From NCBI RefSeq assembly GCF_002571385.2, contig NW_019218172.1, forward strand, positions 197,133 to 261,132: a DNA stretch of 64,000 bases, in the 5' to 3' direction. Source of the stretch: Stylophora pistillata. Lineage: Eukaryota. The notes below the pieces were generated by a model that did no database searches, was not told the origin of the DNA, and saw nothing but the letters and a program-made list of their open reading frames with translations. How positions within the stretch are numbered: position 1 is the first letter of the stretch; each line of letters opens with the position of its first letter. The position numbers were made by a program, and so were the translations under genes. Below are positions 63,557-64,000 of this stretch, piece after piece.

Positions 63557-63810
63557 ACCGCCTCCTGGTTAGCTCAATGGATATAGTGCTGGACTGTTGT
63601 GTGGGAGGTCGAGGGTTAGAGCCCTGGCCGGACCAACACTCGGGGTCTTAAAATAATTGAGAAGAATTTGCTACCTTTGTATAACATCAAGAAATGGTTA
63701 GATATTCTAGTTTTCTCGGATAGGGACGAATAAATGGAGGTCCCCTCTCCTGCAGGGTTGGGGAAGGAGACATTAATTTCCCACACACGAGATTACTATG
63801 TGATGGATGT
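63557..63810 (+). mobile_element. Second copy of the Deu/Nin-like SINE
   Basis: Colinear with 19711-19975 (GGTTAGCTCAAT...GGCCGGACCAACACT...CTCGGATA). Confidence 0.85.
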
Positions 63811-64000
63811 CCTCCCCTGGGGGTGGGAGGGTGGACTAGCACGAATGGTTCGTATGTTCCTTTCTAGTCCTTGCCCACTGCAAAATTTAATGCAATGAAA
63901 ATGGAGTAAATTAAATTGCTTATATGAGAGACTCCCAAACACACTAAGGAGCAATCAATTGGCTCGTCTTCTCCCTGTAGGGTTGTAAGTGTCAGCTTCT

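Overview
AT-rich eukaryotic (animal) genomic DNA from a draft assembly with N gaps at about 15517, 17218-17505, 32946-33212, 45513-45660, 55524-55593, 57237-57640 and 60902-60921. The repeat families resemble those of anthozoan cnidarians such as stony corals; this is an inference. The window is almost entirely nested, decayed transposable elements. These include CR1/L2-group and L1/Tx1 LINEs, tRNA-derived SINEs, BEL/Pao and Gypsy LTR fragments, and piggyBac, hAT, Harbinger, ISL2EU-, Kolobok-, AcademH-, KDZ- and Sola-like DNA transposons, plus a Maverick/Polinton PolB fragment and MITEs. The only clear host gene is a U6 snRNA (8010-8120, minus strand) with PSE-like and octamer promoter elements. 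The most unusual items are: (1) a ~6.6 kb TIR element with an ATAT TSD that carries a Sola1-like transposase, a BEN-domain ORF and arrays of palindromic repeats, inserted in a LINE 3' UTR; (2) a near-intact DDE-like ORF with a C-terminal RING finger; (3) an NHL-repeat transposase-like pseudogene; (4) a SINE whose tail matches an L2 LINE tail in the same window; (5) a 54-nt block conserved with third-position bias beside two homologous orphan ORFs; (6) a minisatellite that arose inside PolB motif A. Family assignments come from recognising motifs by eye, not from database searches.
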